In this document: positions 10,135 through 20,769 of the stretch, piece by piece | Layout of the letters: the number at the start of each line of letters is the position of its first letter | Position numbering within the stretch: position 1 is the stretch's first letter | Assembly (NCBI GenBank): GCA_963675755.2 | Contig: CAXXMD010000003.1 | Location: 2,912,001 to 2,976,000, forward strand | Origin: a bacterium | GTDB lineage: Bacteria; Zhuqueibacterota; Zhuqueibacteria; Residuimicrobiales; Krinioviventaceae | DNA: 64,000 nucleotides | Direction: 5' to 3' | Notes under the pieces: generated by a model | What the model was told of the DNA's origin: nothing | The model's input: the letters and a program-made list of their open reading frames with translations, nothing else | Databases searched by the model: none | Translations under genes and position numbers: made by a program

Positions 10135-11351
10135 GAATTTTATATATTACACAATACTTTCCCCCCGAAGTTGGAGCTACACAAACCCGTGCTTTGGAAA
10201 TGACCACCAATCTGGTTAAGCAGGGGCACGAGGTCACGGTATTGACTGAATTCCCCAATCATCCTGTGGGCATTATTCCACCGGAATATAAAGGTAAATG
10301 GGTAACTGTTGAAAAGTGGCGGGGTATGGATGTGATCCGTACCTGGGTTTACGCGCGTCAGGAAAAGAACTTTAAAACCCGTATGGGATTTTATCTGAGT
10401 TTTATGGCCACATCTGCAATTGCGGGTTCATACATGTTACCCGAGTATGATATCGTATATACAACCTCACCACCTTTTTTTGTCGGCCTGACGGGTTACT
10501 GGTTGAGCCGGTTAAAAAATGCGAAATTTATTTTTGAAGTGCGAGACCTTTGGCCAGATTCCGCGGTACAGTTGGGTGAATTGACCAATCGTACATTTAT
10601 TCGTTGGGCAGAAAAGTTGGAAACTTTTTACTATAATAAAGCAGAACGTATTGTAACCGTTACCCAAGGGATTAAGAACACCCTGACTGAACGCGGTTAT
10701 GGAGATAAAACCGAGCTGGTACTCAATGGCACCAATACCGATCTGTTTAAAAATATGGGACCCGGAATGAAGAAAAAGCTGGGTCTTGAAAATAAATTTG
10801 TTGTGTTGTATGCGGGTATAATAGGTATTGCTCAGGGGCTTGAACAAATTTGTGATGTTGCGGAACAATTGCAAGATCAACCCGACATTGCATTCGTTCT
10901 GATTGGTGAAGGCCCTGTAAAACATAAAATTGAAAAAATAAAACAGGAAAAATCTTTAAAAAATCTTATATTAATGGATCAGGTACCCAGAGACGATATT
11001 CCGCAATATATTTCAATGGCAGATTGCTGCCTGGTTCCCCTGAAAAAGAATGATCTGTTCATGGGTGCATTGCCATCCAAGATGTTTGATTATATGGCAT
11101 GTGAAAAACCGGTTATACTCAGTGTGGATGGTGAAGCAAGATCGGTTCTTGAAAGCTCAGGAGCTGGTATATTTGTAGAGCCTGAGAATCGAAAGGATAT
11201 GATCTCTGCTATCCTTTCTCTGAAATCCGGTTCTGTTGATGGAACGTCAATGGGACTATTGGGAAGAGAATTCGTTGAAAAAGGGTATTCGAGAAAACAA
11301 CAGGCCCTCGAGTTGTTGAGTATCCTGGAAAAAATCGTCCGAAATCAATAG
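10131..11351 (+). CDS. Glycosyltransferase family 4 (WbuB-like)
   Basis: QYFPPE, TSPP, EVRDLWP and PSKMFDYMA motifs. Confidence 0.9.
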   Translation: MRILYITQYFPPEVGATQTRALEMTTNLVKQGHEVTVLTEFPNHPVGIIPPEYKGKWVTVEKWRGMDVIRTWVYARQEKNFKTRMGFYLSFMATSAIAGSYMLPEYDIVYTTSPPFFVGLTGYWLSRLKNAKFIFEVRDLWPDSAVQLGELTNRTFIRWAEKLETFYYNKAERIVTVTQGIKNTLTERGYGDKTELVLNGTNTDLFKNMGPGMKKKLGLENKFVVLYAGIIGIAQGLEQICDVAEQLQDQPDIAFVLIGEGPVKHKIEKIKQEKSLKNLILMDQVPRDDIPQYISMADCCLVPLKKNDLFMGALPSKMFDYMACEKPVILSVDGEARSVLESSGAGIFVEPENRKDMISAILSLKSGSVDGTSMGLLGREFVEKGYSRKQQALELLSILEKIVRNQ

Positions 11352-11367
11352 GATCAGGAGATTTTAA

Positions 11368-12465
11368 ATGCGTTATTTTTTATATGGTATTGTAGCTTTT
11401 GAAGCATTTTTAATTGCACTTTTTATTGTGCCCATTATCCGAAAACTGGCCATTTCATGGAATGTAGTTGATAAACCGGGTGAACGAAAAATTCATTATA
11501 CCCCCAAAGCATTGATGGGAGGTGTTGGGATTTTTACCGCGTTTTATGTAACGGTTTTGGTGAATGTAATTGGTTTTTATCTTTTATATCATACGTCATT
11601 TGTTCAGACTCATTTACAAACCATGGTTAGAGTTGCCCCCATGCTGGACCAGGTTGTACCCAAACTTGTTGTAATACTGGGAGGCGGGGCTGTTATACAC
11701 ATGTTGGGTATTCTGGATGATATTCTTAAAGAGAAATTAACTTATAAGCCCAAATTTATTGTACAAATTGTAGTTGCGCTGGTTGTATCTCTGATGGGCG
11801 TGCGCACCCACTTTATGCCGGGTACAACTCTGGATGTAATTATTACTACCATCTGGATAGTGGGTGTTACGAACAGCTTTAATCTACTGGATAATATGGA
11901 TGGTTTAACAGCCGGAGTTTCGGTTATTGCGGCTTTGTTTTTATTTGTTATTGCTGTTTTGCAGGGACAGATATTCTTTGCTTTTATGCTTGCGGCGTTA
12001 ATAGGTGCTTGTTTGGGATTTTTGCCGTACAATTTTAATCCGGCAAAGCTATTCATGGGTGACAGTGGCAGTCTGTTTTTAGGGTATATTTTTGCAACCT
12101 TGACGGTAACCGGTTCATATGTTGTGCCTACAAGCCAGACACATATACCTATCATGATCCCGATTCTGGTACTTTCTATTCCGCTATATGATACTTTTTC
12201 GGTAATGTTTATAAGGTGGCGCGAAAAACGGCCGCTATTTCTGGGAGACAAACGCCATTTCTCCCACCGATTACATGCACTTGGCATGAGCCAACGTCAA
12301 GCGGTAACTTTTATTTATCTTGTTGGTTTATGCGTGGGTAGTGTTGCTACTCTTTTACCATATATCTCTTTAACCGGTAATATTGTTGTTCTGGTTCAGA
12401 TAATTATTATTTATATAATCATAACTTTTTTAATAGTTATAGGAAAACAAAATCAAAATTCTTGA
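11368..12465 (+). CDS. wecA: Undecaprenyl-phosphate GlcNAc-1-phosphate transferase (WecA/TagO, MraY-like)
   Basis: RKIH, GILDD, NSFNLLDNMDGL, FMGDSG and DKRHFSHRL motifs. Confidence 0.88.
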   Translation: MRYFLYGIVAFEAFLIALFIVPIIRKLAISWNVVDKPGERKIHYTPKALMGGVGIFTAFYVTVLVNVIGFYLLYHTSFVQTHLQTMVRVAPMLDQVVPKLVVILGGGAVIHMLGILDDILKEKLTYKPKFIVQIVVALVVSLMGVRTHFMPGTTLDVIITTIWIVGVTNSFNLLDNMDGLTAGVSVIAALFLFVIAVLQGQIFFAFMLAALIGACLGFLPYNFNPAKLFMGDSGSLFLGYIFATLTVTGSYVVPTSQTHIPIMIPILVLSIPLYDTFSVMFIRWREKRPLFLGDKRHFSHRLHALGMSQRQAVTFIYLVGLCVGSVATLLPYISLTGNIVVLVQIIIIYIIITFLIVIGKQNQNS

Positions 12466-12489
12466 TGTAATATTTCTCAGGAGGAAAAT

Positions 12490-13464
12490 TTGAGAGCGTT
12501 AATAACTGGTGGTGCAGGATTCATTGGTTCGCACCTTGCAGAAAAATTGTTGGAGAGAGGTGACAGTGTTTGTGTCATAGATGATCTGTCTACAGGTCGA
12601 TTAGAGAATGTTAACCATTTACGAGAAAATCCGAATTTTAGTCTGGTAATTGAGACCATTCTGAATGAAACGGTCATGGACCGCCTGGTAAGTGAATGCG
12701 ATGTAATCTATCATTTGGCTGCAGCCGTTGGTGTAGAGTTGATTGTTAAAAGTCCTGTAGAAACCATTGAAAGAAATATTCTGGGTACTGATGTTGTACT
12801 TCGGTTGTCTAATCGATATTTGCGCAAAGTATTGATTACTTCTACTTCAGAGATTTATGGCAAAAGCGAATCTGTACCGTTCAAAGAAGAAGATGACCGT
12901 GTGCTGGGACCCACAACAAAAAGCCGATGGAGCTATTCAAGCTCTAAAGCAATCGATGAGTTTTTGGCACTTGCCTATCATAAAGAGAAAAATCTTCAGA
13001 CTGTTATCATGCGTTTGTTCAATACTGTGGGTCCACGTCAAACCGGGCAATATGGAATGGTAATTCCACGCTTTGTTAAGCAAGCGCTGACCAATCAACC
13101 CTTAACCGTTTATGGTGATGGATTACAGTATCGCTGCTTTACCTATGTTGATGATGTTGTCGCCGCTTCAATTAAATTGATGGAAACACCCGAAGCCATT
13201 GGAGAGGTCTTTAATATTGGTAATGATATTGGAATTTCAATTCACGACCTTGCTGTAAAGATCATTGAAATGACCGGCTCCAAATCGGTAATCAACAACA
13301 TCCCATATGATCAGGCATATGAACAGGGTTTTGAGGACATGAAAATCCGCAGACCCGATTTAAGCAAAGCCAACAAATACATCGGATACACCCCCAAGGT
13401 ACAGTTGGATGAAATTCTTGAAAATGTGATCAAATATTTCCGTGAAAACGAGAATACACTGTAA
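12490..13464 (+). CDS. NAD-dependent nucleotide-sugar epimerase/dehydratase (SDR)
   Basis: TGGAGFIG, YSSSK (YxxxK), RLFNTVGPRQ; TTG start after GGAGG. Confidence 0.9.
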   Translation: MRALITGGAGFIGSHLAEKLLERGDSVCVIDDLSTGRLENVNHLRENPNFSLVIETILNETVMDRLVSECDVIYHLAAAVGVELIVKSPVETIERNILGTDVVLRLSNRYLRKVLITSTSEIYGKSESVPFKEEDDRVLGPTTKSRWSYSSSKAIDEFLALAYHKEKNLQTVIMRLFNTVGPRQTGQYGMVIPRFVKQALTNQPLTVYGDGLQYRCFTYVDDVVAASIKLMETPEAIGEVFNIGNDIGISIHDLAVKIIEMTGSKSVINNIPYDQAYEQGFEDMKIRRPDLSKANKYIGYTPKVQLDEILENVIKYFRENENTL

Positions 13465-13500
13465 ATTTGAAAAAACATGCCGAAATTTGCAATAGCGCAA

Positions 13501-13811
13501 TGTGGATAACTTGTCAATAAATTGATTTTTTTAAAGTCAAGAGTTTTTTGATGAAAAATTCATCAGAATTAACTCAATTTTTTTGTCGTTAAACTTGTGT
13601 TAAGTGTTTGTTAATGTTGAATGAGTGCGTAAGTTGTTGATTATTAATTGCTTAGCTTACCGAACATTTGTTCGACTTACAATTTTGTTGCAAAATTTCG
13701 TGAAATTACTTTGATTGCACTCGTTTCTATGGATAATGTTACAATTTGGAAATTAAAAGTTTCGTAAAATGCTTGTGAAAAATGTGGATAACTTGGGGAT
13801 ATCGTGGATGA
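13501..13811. promoter_or_regulatory. DnaA-box cluster with IHF-like site (candidate oriC)
   Basis: Perfect TGTGGATAA at 13501 and 13783; degenerate boxes at 13512, 13728, 13774, 13794 and 13803; TAAGTTGTTGATT (IHF consensus) at 13630-13642; AT-rich tract in a 400-bp intergenic region. Confidence 0.6.
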
Positions 13812-13869
13812 GTTTGCTCATTGTTAAATCTGTCTGTCATAATTCAAACACAGATGGGATGATTTGATT

Positions 13870-15375
13870 ATGGTTTCAAAAGATTTGATCTATCTTTTTG
13901 TTTTTTTTATGATTTTATTTGGTCTGGTGATGACTGCTGATGTAATCAGGAAACGGCTTGGCTGGCCTCCGGAATCGACCCGCAAGTTTGTTCATATTTT
14001 TGTAGGGATTGTGGTTGTTTACACTCCATTCGTTTTAAGCAGTATGTGGCCCATGATTATACTGGGAAGCCTGTTTGCCGTGTTGGACTTGATTGCTGTT
14101 AACAAGACCTGGTTCACCGGAATGCATGGTACAAAACGACATTCTTATGGAACTGTATTTTACCCTGTTTCTTTTGTAATACTGGTTTACTTTTTTTGGA
14201 ATCGCGATCAACTCGTATTGATCACTGCTATGATGATTATGGCCGTTGCAGATGCTCTGGCCGCCATTGTGGGCGAGCGCCTGGGAAAGACAACATTAAT
14301 GGATATAGGGCTCGAAAAAAAGTCCTGGGCAGGAACATTTACCATGATGCTTTCTTCAGCAGTTATTACTTATTTGTGCATCCATTTTATAGGCTATCTG
14401 AGTCCTGCTGTTGTTTTGCCCATGCAAATGATCTGGATCTCTTTGATGGTGGGAACAGTGGCAGCCGCATGTGAAATGATTTCCAGGAACGGATCAGACA
14501 ATCTTACCGTGCCCTTGGGTTCGGCATTTGTGCTTGAATACCTGCTGTACAATAGTCAATCTGATATGATGCTTTTTGCTTTGGGTATGGTGCTTGCATT
14601 GATAGTCGCGCTGTTGTCTTTTCGCTTTAAATTTCTTGATGCGGGCGGCTCGGTTGGAACCTTCCTGTTGGGTACTTTGGTTTTTGGTATTGGAGGGTGG
14701 AGTTTTACCTTGCCAATACTGACATTTTTTGTATTATCCAGTTTGATTTCAAAAATAGGCAAGCGTAGAAAACAAAAACTGTTACAGGTTTTTGAAAAGA
14801 GTGGTCAAAGAGATATTTGGCAGGTCCTTGCCAATGGTGGCGTACCGGGGCTGCTTGTTATTGTGTGGAGTTTTTATCCGCATGATCTGGTGTATTTGTT
14901 TTATGTAGGTGCGCTTGCAGCGGTTATGGCAGATACCTGGAGTACTGAAATTGGTGTTTTGTCAAAGCAGGAGCCCGTTTCTGTAATAACGTTTAAAAAA
15001 GTAGATATGGGGACTTCGGGCGGAATTACCCTGCTGGGCACATTGGGTGGATTGCTGGGTGCTTCAATTCTTGTGTTTACGGGATGGCTAAGCGGACCGC
15101 ATTCTTCACCTGCTATTATTGGTAGTAAAGAGATAATTGTTTTGGTTGCAGCAGGACTGCTGGCTGGTTTGATTGATAGCATTTTGGGTGCAACAGTTCA
15201 AGCCAAGTTCAGGTGTGCTGAATGCAAAAAGATAACAGAAAAAAAGGTGCATTGTAACGATATAACCACACAGCATGACAGCGGATATAGATGGATCAAT
15301 AATGATGTGGTAAATTTATTCTGTGCAATCAGCAGTTCAGGATTTATCCTGCTCTTTTGGTTGTTACTATATTGA
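13870..15375 (+). CDS. Fusion of a phytol/dolichol-kinase-like (CTP-dependent) domain and a DUF92 (TMEM19-like) membrane domain
   Basis: N-half RKFVHI, ADALAAIVG, KKSWAG, DNLTVP; C-half QVLANG, ADTWSTEIG, GTSGGIT, DSILGATVQ, NDVVN. Confidence 0.8.
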   Translation: MVSKDLIYLFVFFMILFGLVMTADVIRKRLGWPPESTRKFVHIFVGIVVVYTPFVLSSMWPMIILGSLFAVLDLIAVNKTWFTGMHGTKRHSYGTVFYPVSFVILVYFFWNRDQLVLITAMMIMAVADALAAIVGERLGKTTLMDIGLEKKSWAGTFTMMLSSAVITYLCIHFIGYLSPAVVLPMQMIWISLMVGTVAAACEMISRNGSDNLTVPLGSAFVLEYLLYNSQSDMMLFALGMVLALIVALLSFRFKFLDAGGSVGTFLLGTLVFGIGGWSFTLPILTFFVLSSLISKIGKRRKQKLLQVFEKSGQRDIWQVLANGGVPGLLVIVWSFYPHDLVYLFYVGALAAVMADTWSTEIGVLSKQEPVSVITFKKVDMGTSGGITLLGTLGGLLGASILVFTGWLSGPHSSPAIIGSKEIIVLVAAGLLAGLIDSILGATVQAKFRCAECKKITEKKVHCNDITTQHDSGYRWINNDVVNLFCAISSSGFILLFWLLLY

Positions 15376-15469
15376 AATGATGTGACAATTTTTTCTCTTT
15401 TTCTTTTCATAAAAACATGTTATATTAGATTTTTAATATATTTTAGATATATGAATAATAAAATAATGA

Positions 15470-16783
<1,314 letters not shown>

Positions 16784-16797
16784 TTTTTGTTATCTTG

Positions 16798-16823
16798 GCC
16801 CTGGGATTTTCCCAGGGCTTTTA
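16798..16823 (+). terminator. Intrinsic terminator after eno
   Basis: GCCCTGGGA-TTT-TCCCAGGGC stem followed by TTTT. Confidence 0.75.
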
Positions 16824-16842
16824 ATTTAAACGATCAAGTGAT

Positions 16843-17145
16843 ATGAGAGTACCGTATTCAGACAAATTGCAAGCTATTCTCAAACCTTCAGTGTTATATT
16901 GGGGTATAATACTGACAATCGTTTATTCTTTTGTTTTTGGAAACACCGGGTTTATTAAGCTCTATCGATTATGGAATGAAAGCAAGCGTTTGGAAAAAGA
17001 AATAACCGTTGCTCAAAAACAAAATGAATTTTTAAAGCAGGAGGTTGAGCAGCTATCCGATCCTAACGATTTATCACGTATAGAGCTTGAGGCCAGAAAA
17101 CTGGGGATGGCAGCAAAAGATGAAGTGGTTATTATGGTAAGATAA
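16843..17145 (+). CDS. ftsB: Septum formation initiator FtsB/DivIC
   Basis: TM helix ending FG-x-x-G, coiled coil, IELEARKLGM motif; canonical position after eno. Confidence 0.8.
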   Translation: MRVPYSDKLQAILKPSVLYWGIILTIVYSFVFGNTGFIKLYRLWNESKRLEKEITVAQKQNEFLKQEVEQLSDPNDLSRIELEARKLGMAAKDEVVIMVR

Positions 17146-17172
17146 GACAGTCTGTCGATTGCAAAGGTCATC

Positions 17173-19095
17173 ATGAAAGGAATTGCCGCATCTAACTTTA
17201 AGCCAGTGCATTCTGCAGCAACCGGCTTATTTTTCAAGTGTATGATTGCGGTTTTTTTGTTTCTAGCAGTATCACCCAATTCAAATTTATTTTCCCAAAC
17301 AGTTGGTTTACAATACCCCACAGGTAATGGCAGTAATATTCGGTTTAAGCAGGAATTTAATACCTATATCTGGAATTTTAATGTCAATGCTTTTCAAATT
17401 GTTCATAATCGATGGCAGTTTAAAATCAGTGAGAATTTTAGAACATCTCTTTTAAACACCAGTTCAACCGTGGATAAATGGAAAGATGATCAGACTTTGG
17501 ATGTGGGATTAAACTATTTATTGTCTCCTCAATTTACTCTAAATTCACGTGTTAATTCTGTCGTTTTTATGGACAAACAATCCGGGTTTACCAATGATAT
17601 ACGCACTCACTATGGTAATATCGGATTAACTTATACTCCCACAAATAATATAATGGCTTCAATAGCCGCTGGTCCCAAATGGGACAAGCGCTATGAACAA
17701 AATGATCAGGGATATAATTATTCAATACACACCCAGGCAGTTGACCTGGATTGGGAAGAGTATCAAAACAGCCTTGATTTTGTTCTGGAAAATGAAAAAT
17801 ATGAAAAACGACAAAATTATGATGTGAATTTAAATTATACCGCGTTTAGAGAATTTTCACCCGGCACACGTGATTCTTTGAATGTGTTTACCAATAATCA
17901 GCGCAGGGACAATTATACTTCTTTTTCCGGAGATATAGAAAGCCTGCGAGAGCAGGTAAGAGGTATCAATAATACATTGAGCTATAAAATAGGTGACCAT
18001 GTAAACATGACTTTGAACAGTGGTCTCTATTTTAAAAATGTAGAAATTTTATCTTTTTTGAATCAAAATGAGGAAAAACGACGTAAAAGGAATGACCAGA
18101 GAATCAGTCAGGATGTTTACTGGCATCTCAATTATCCCGGTTTGACAAACTATTTACAGTTTTCATACTGGACGCAGAACCAATCGTATGATATAGAGTT
18201 GACAAATACCAATGTGCCTTTTTCACAACGCACGGCATTTGTAACTCCTGACAATGAAAGCAGCCGAATTATGATGGTTGGAGGTTTGGGTAAAAATATA
18301 ACCAAAAAGGATTCATTGTATTCATATGTATCTATAAGTAAATATCAATATGATACACCCGATACATCAAACTTTGATGACCGTGATGAATTGCGCATCA
18401 ACTCAAGAATTATTGCATTTCACAATTTTAATGCTATATTGAGTATGGAACTTCAGGCCAGTTTAAACTTGTATCATATGGTTTATATTTTTGGTGAAAG
18501 AAGTGCTGATAACAATTGGAACCGGATATTTATGTTAAGGCCGGTATTTCATGTAACACCCAATAATAGATTTAAACTGCGTCAATCATTTGAAGTGCTT
18601 GCGAATTATGTAGATTATGATTTTGATGACATGTATACACAAACCAAAAGTTTTGTGTTCCGCAAGTTTTCTATTGATGATTCGTTGCAATACCGGCTAT
18701 CACGACGTACGCTCTTTCAAATGGACTATCGTTTGCAGCTTGAAGAAAATGGTCAGCTTTCCTGGGACGATTGGACAGAAAGGGTGTTGGTTACCCGCAA
18801 TAAACAGTGGTTGCATGCATTATATGGATATGAACCCAGAGAGTATTTTACTATAAGCTCTGGTTACAGCTACTATATTCGGGAAGAATGGCGTCATAAT
18901 ACAACCGTAGAGGGTGTTGAGGAAAAGGAAAAATTTGGAGTCTATACAAGCCAGGGACCGATTTTAAGGTTCCAATATGCCCCGTCAAGCAGGAGCCGGT
19001 TAATACTGGATGCAGTGAGATATAAAGTAAATCCCCCGGATCAGACGGAATATTACATTAATAATATAGAGTTACAATTAAACTGGGTCTTTTGA
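17173..19095 (+). CDS. Hypothetical outer-membrane beta-barrel protein
   Basis: Signal-like N-terminus, alternating aromatic beta-strand pattern, C-terminal LQLNWVF. Confidence 0.6.
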   Translation: MKGIAASNFKPVHSAATGLFFKCMIAVFLFLAVSPNSNLFSQTVGLQYPTGNGSNIRFKQEFNTYIWNFNVNAFQIVHNRWQFKISENFRTSLLNTSSTVDKWKDDQTLDVGLNYLLSPQFTLNSRVNSVVFMDKQSGFTNDIRTHYGNIGLTYTPTNNIMASIAAGPKWDKRYEQNDQGYNYSIHTQAVDLDWEEYQNSLDFVLENEKYEKRQNYDVNLNYTAFREFSPGTRDSLNVFTNNQRRDNYTSFSGDIESLREQVRGINNTLSYKIGDHVNMTLNSGLYFKNVEILSFLNQNEEKRRKRNDQRISQDVYWHLNYPGLTNYLQFSYWTQNQSYDIELTNTNVPFSQRTAFVTPDNESSRIMMVGGLGKNITKKDSLYSYVSISKYQYDTPDTSNFDDRDELRINSRIIAFHNFNAILSMELQASLNLYHMVYIFGERSADNNWNRIFMLRPVFHVTPNNRFKLRQSFEVLANYVDYDFDDMYTQTKSFVFRKFSIDDSLQYRLSRRTLFQMDYRLQLEENGQLSWDDWTERVLVTRNKQWLHALYGYEPREYFTISSGYSYYIREEWRHNTTVEGVEEKEKFGVYTSQGPILRFQYAPSSRSRLILDAVRYKVNPPDQTEYYINNIELQLNWVF

Positions 19096-19117
19096 TCTGG
19101 TATTTTGACTTGGAGAA

Positions 19118-19558
19118 ATGGGATTGAACAGGAAAAAGGAAAATATAGAGCTGATGGAAATCGTCAGTAAACCTGAGAATATTAATCAGGTTGAAGCACG
19201 AACTGAACACTTGGCCAAAGAGTTGGGTTTTAATGAAGATGATTGTGTAAGCCTGGGGATTGCTGTAACTGAAGTTGTGGCAAATGCAATAACACATGGA
19301 AATAAAAGGGACCAAAACAAAAAAGTTAAAGTTAAATTTGTTTATACTGACAAAGTTTTCGAGATACATATCAGAGATCAGGGACCCGGCTTTAAACCGG
19401 ATTCTATAGATGATCCTTTAAAACCTGAAAATTTGTTAAAAGAAAGTGGACGAGGTATTTTTATTGTAAGATCTTTGATGGACAAGGTTGAATATAATTT
19501 TTTCAAAGATGGCAGTGAAGTTGTCCTAATCAAAAACATTCCTTCCCCCAAAAAGTGA
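19118..19558 (+). CDS. rsbW: Anti-sigma factor / Ser-Thr kinase, RsbW-like (HATPase_c_2)
   Basis: AVTEVVANAITHGN, DQGPGF and ESGRGIFI motifs. Confidence 0.85.
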   Translation: MGLNRKKENIELMEIVSKPENINQVEARTEHLAKELGFNEDDCVSLGIAVTEVVANAITHGNKRDQNKKVKVKFVYTDKVFEIHIRDQGPGFKPDSIDDPLKPENLLKESGRGIFIVRSLMDKVEYNFFKDGSEVVLIKNIPSPKK

Positions 19559-20763
19559 TTGGTAAAATTTTGAAAAATTTGGTGCGAAATTATTACCTGA
19601 ATATATTATTTCTGTTTGTGTTGTGTATAGCTCCTCAGGTATTGGGTCAATTTGGCTATGAAAAATTTGATGATGACCCCTATACAGAATACAAGCCTAT
19701 TGATTTTTTCTCCCAGCCTTATTACAATCGGGTAGAGGGGGTGGTATTACATGGTGGTGTTTTTTTACGTCAGGTCCCGGTTCTGCCTATTGTTACCAGT
19801 GTAGAACTTGCATTTGCAACCCGAACAAACAGCTGGCATTATAATTTTGGACTACAGCAATGGTTATTTACCAACAGCCGGCGCATGTTGGTGCGCATGA
19901 ATTTTTTTCAAGAAACGCGTACAAATGATTCCTGGAAAATAGGTCGTATGGAAAACTCCCTTGCGGGTGTATTCATGCATGAAGATTTTCATAATCATTA
20001 TGCTGTAAAGGGCTTTAGTATTGCTGCTGATCAAAAAGTGTTTCGCAGAAATTTATTAAGAATTATTTATTCTCAACATCGATACTCTAGTATGCCAGTT
20101 AATACCAGTTTTGCCGGTTCTTTGTTTGATTGGTCAAAATCGTATGCACCTAACCCTGCAATTACAGAAGGGGATGAACGCAGTGTTCAGGTGAGGATGC
20201 TGATTGATGAACGCGATAATGCCTTTTTCCCTACAAGCGGATTTTATTTTGAAGGAGTTTATGAACGTACTTTTGGAGATTTTGTAACCAATGGTATCTT
20301 TATAAATTCTGTAATTTATTATCCCACAATCAATACACAGAAATTTATTCTGGTAGGCAATTTAGGACTACGTAAAGGCAGCCTGGCCCATCAGCATTTA
20401 ATGACTATTGGAGGTATTGGCAGCCTGCGGGCTTTTTCGGACCATTACCATATTGGTCAAAATCTGGCCATGTACCGAATTGTATATCATTTTGGTGGTT
20501 ATTTTTTCCAAAAAGCTCCGTTCAAATATATGCCTACCAGTGATGCCGCATCATTTGCTGTTTTCTGGGAAAGTGGAAATGCCTGGTATGCTGATAAACC
20601 TAAAAATCGGATATATCATGGTATTTTCAAACCTCAACTTTTAGGTGACGCGGGAATGTCATTGTTGCTTGCTGATGGTATTTTGCGTGTGGATATAGCT
20701 CGTCAATTACTGAATGGTGATGGGGACTGGCGTTTAACTTTTAGGCTTTTTAACAAACTATAG
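19555..20763 (+). CDS. Omp85/BamA-TamA-like beta-barrel protein without a clear POTRA domain
   Basis: YNRVEG, DERDNAFFPTSG, GGIGSLRAF (lid-lock-like), RVDIA. Confidence 0.65.
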   Translation: MIGKILKNLVRNYYLNILFLFVLCIAPQVLGQFGYEKFDDDPYTEYKPIDFFSQPYYNRVEGVVLHGGVFLRQVPVLPIVTSVELAFATRTNSWHYNFGLQQWLFTNSRRMLVRMNFFQETRTNDSWKIGRMENSLAGVFMHEDFHNHYAVKGFSIAADQKVFRRNLLRIIYSQHRYSSMPVNTSFAGSLFDWSKSYAPNPAITEGDERSVQVRMLIDERDNAFFPTSGFYFEGVYERTFGDFVTNGIFINSVIYYPTINTQKFILVGNLGLRKGSLAHQHLMTIGGIGSLRAFSDHYHIGQNLAMYRIVYHFGGYFFQKAPFKYMPTSDAASFAVFWESGNAWYADKPKNRIYHGIFKPQLLGDAGMSLLLADGILRVDIARQLLNGDGDWRLTFRLFNKL

Positions 20764-20769
20764 GCATTT

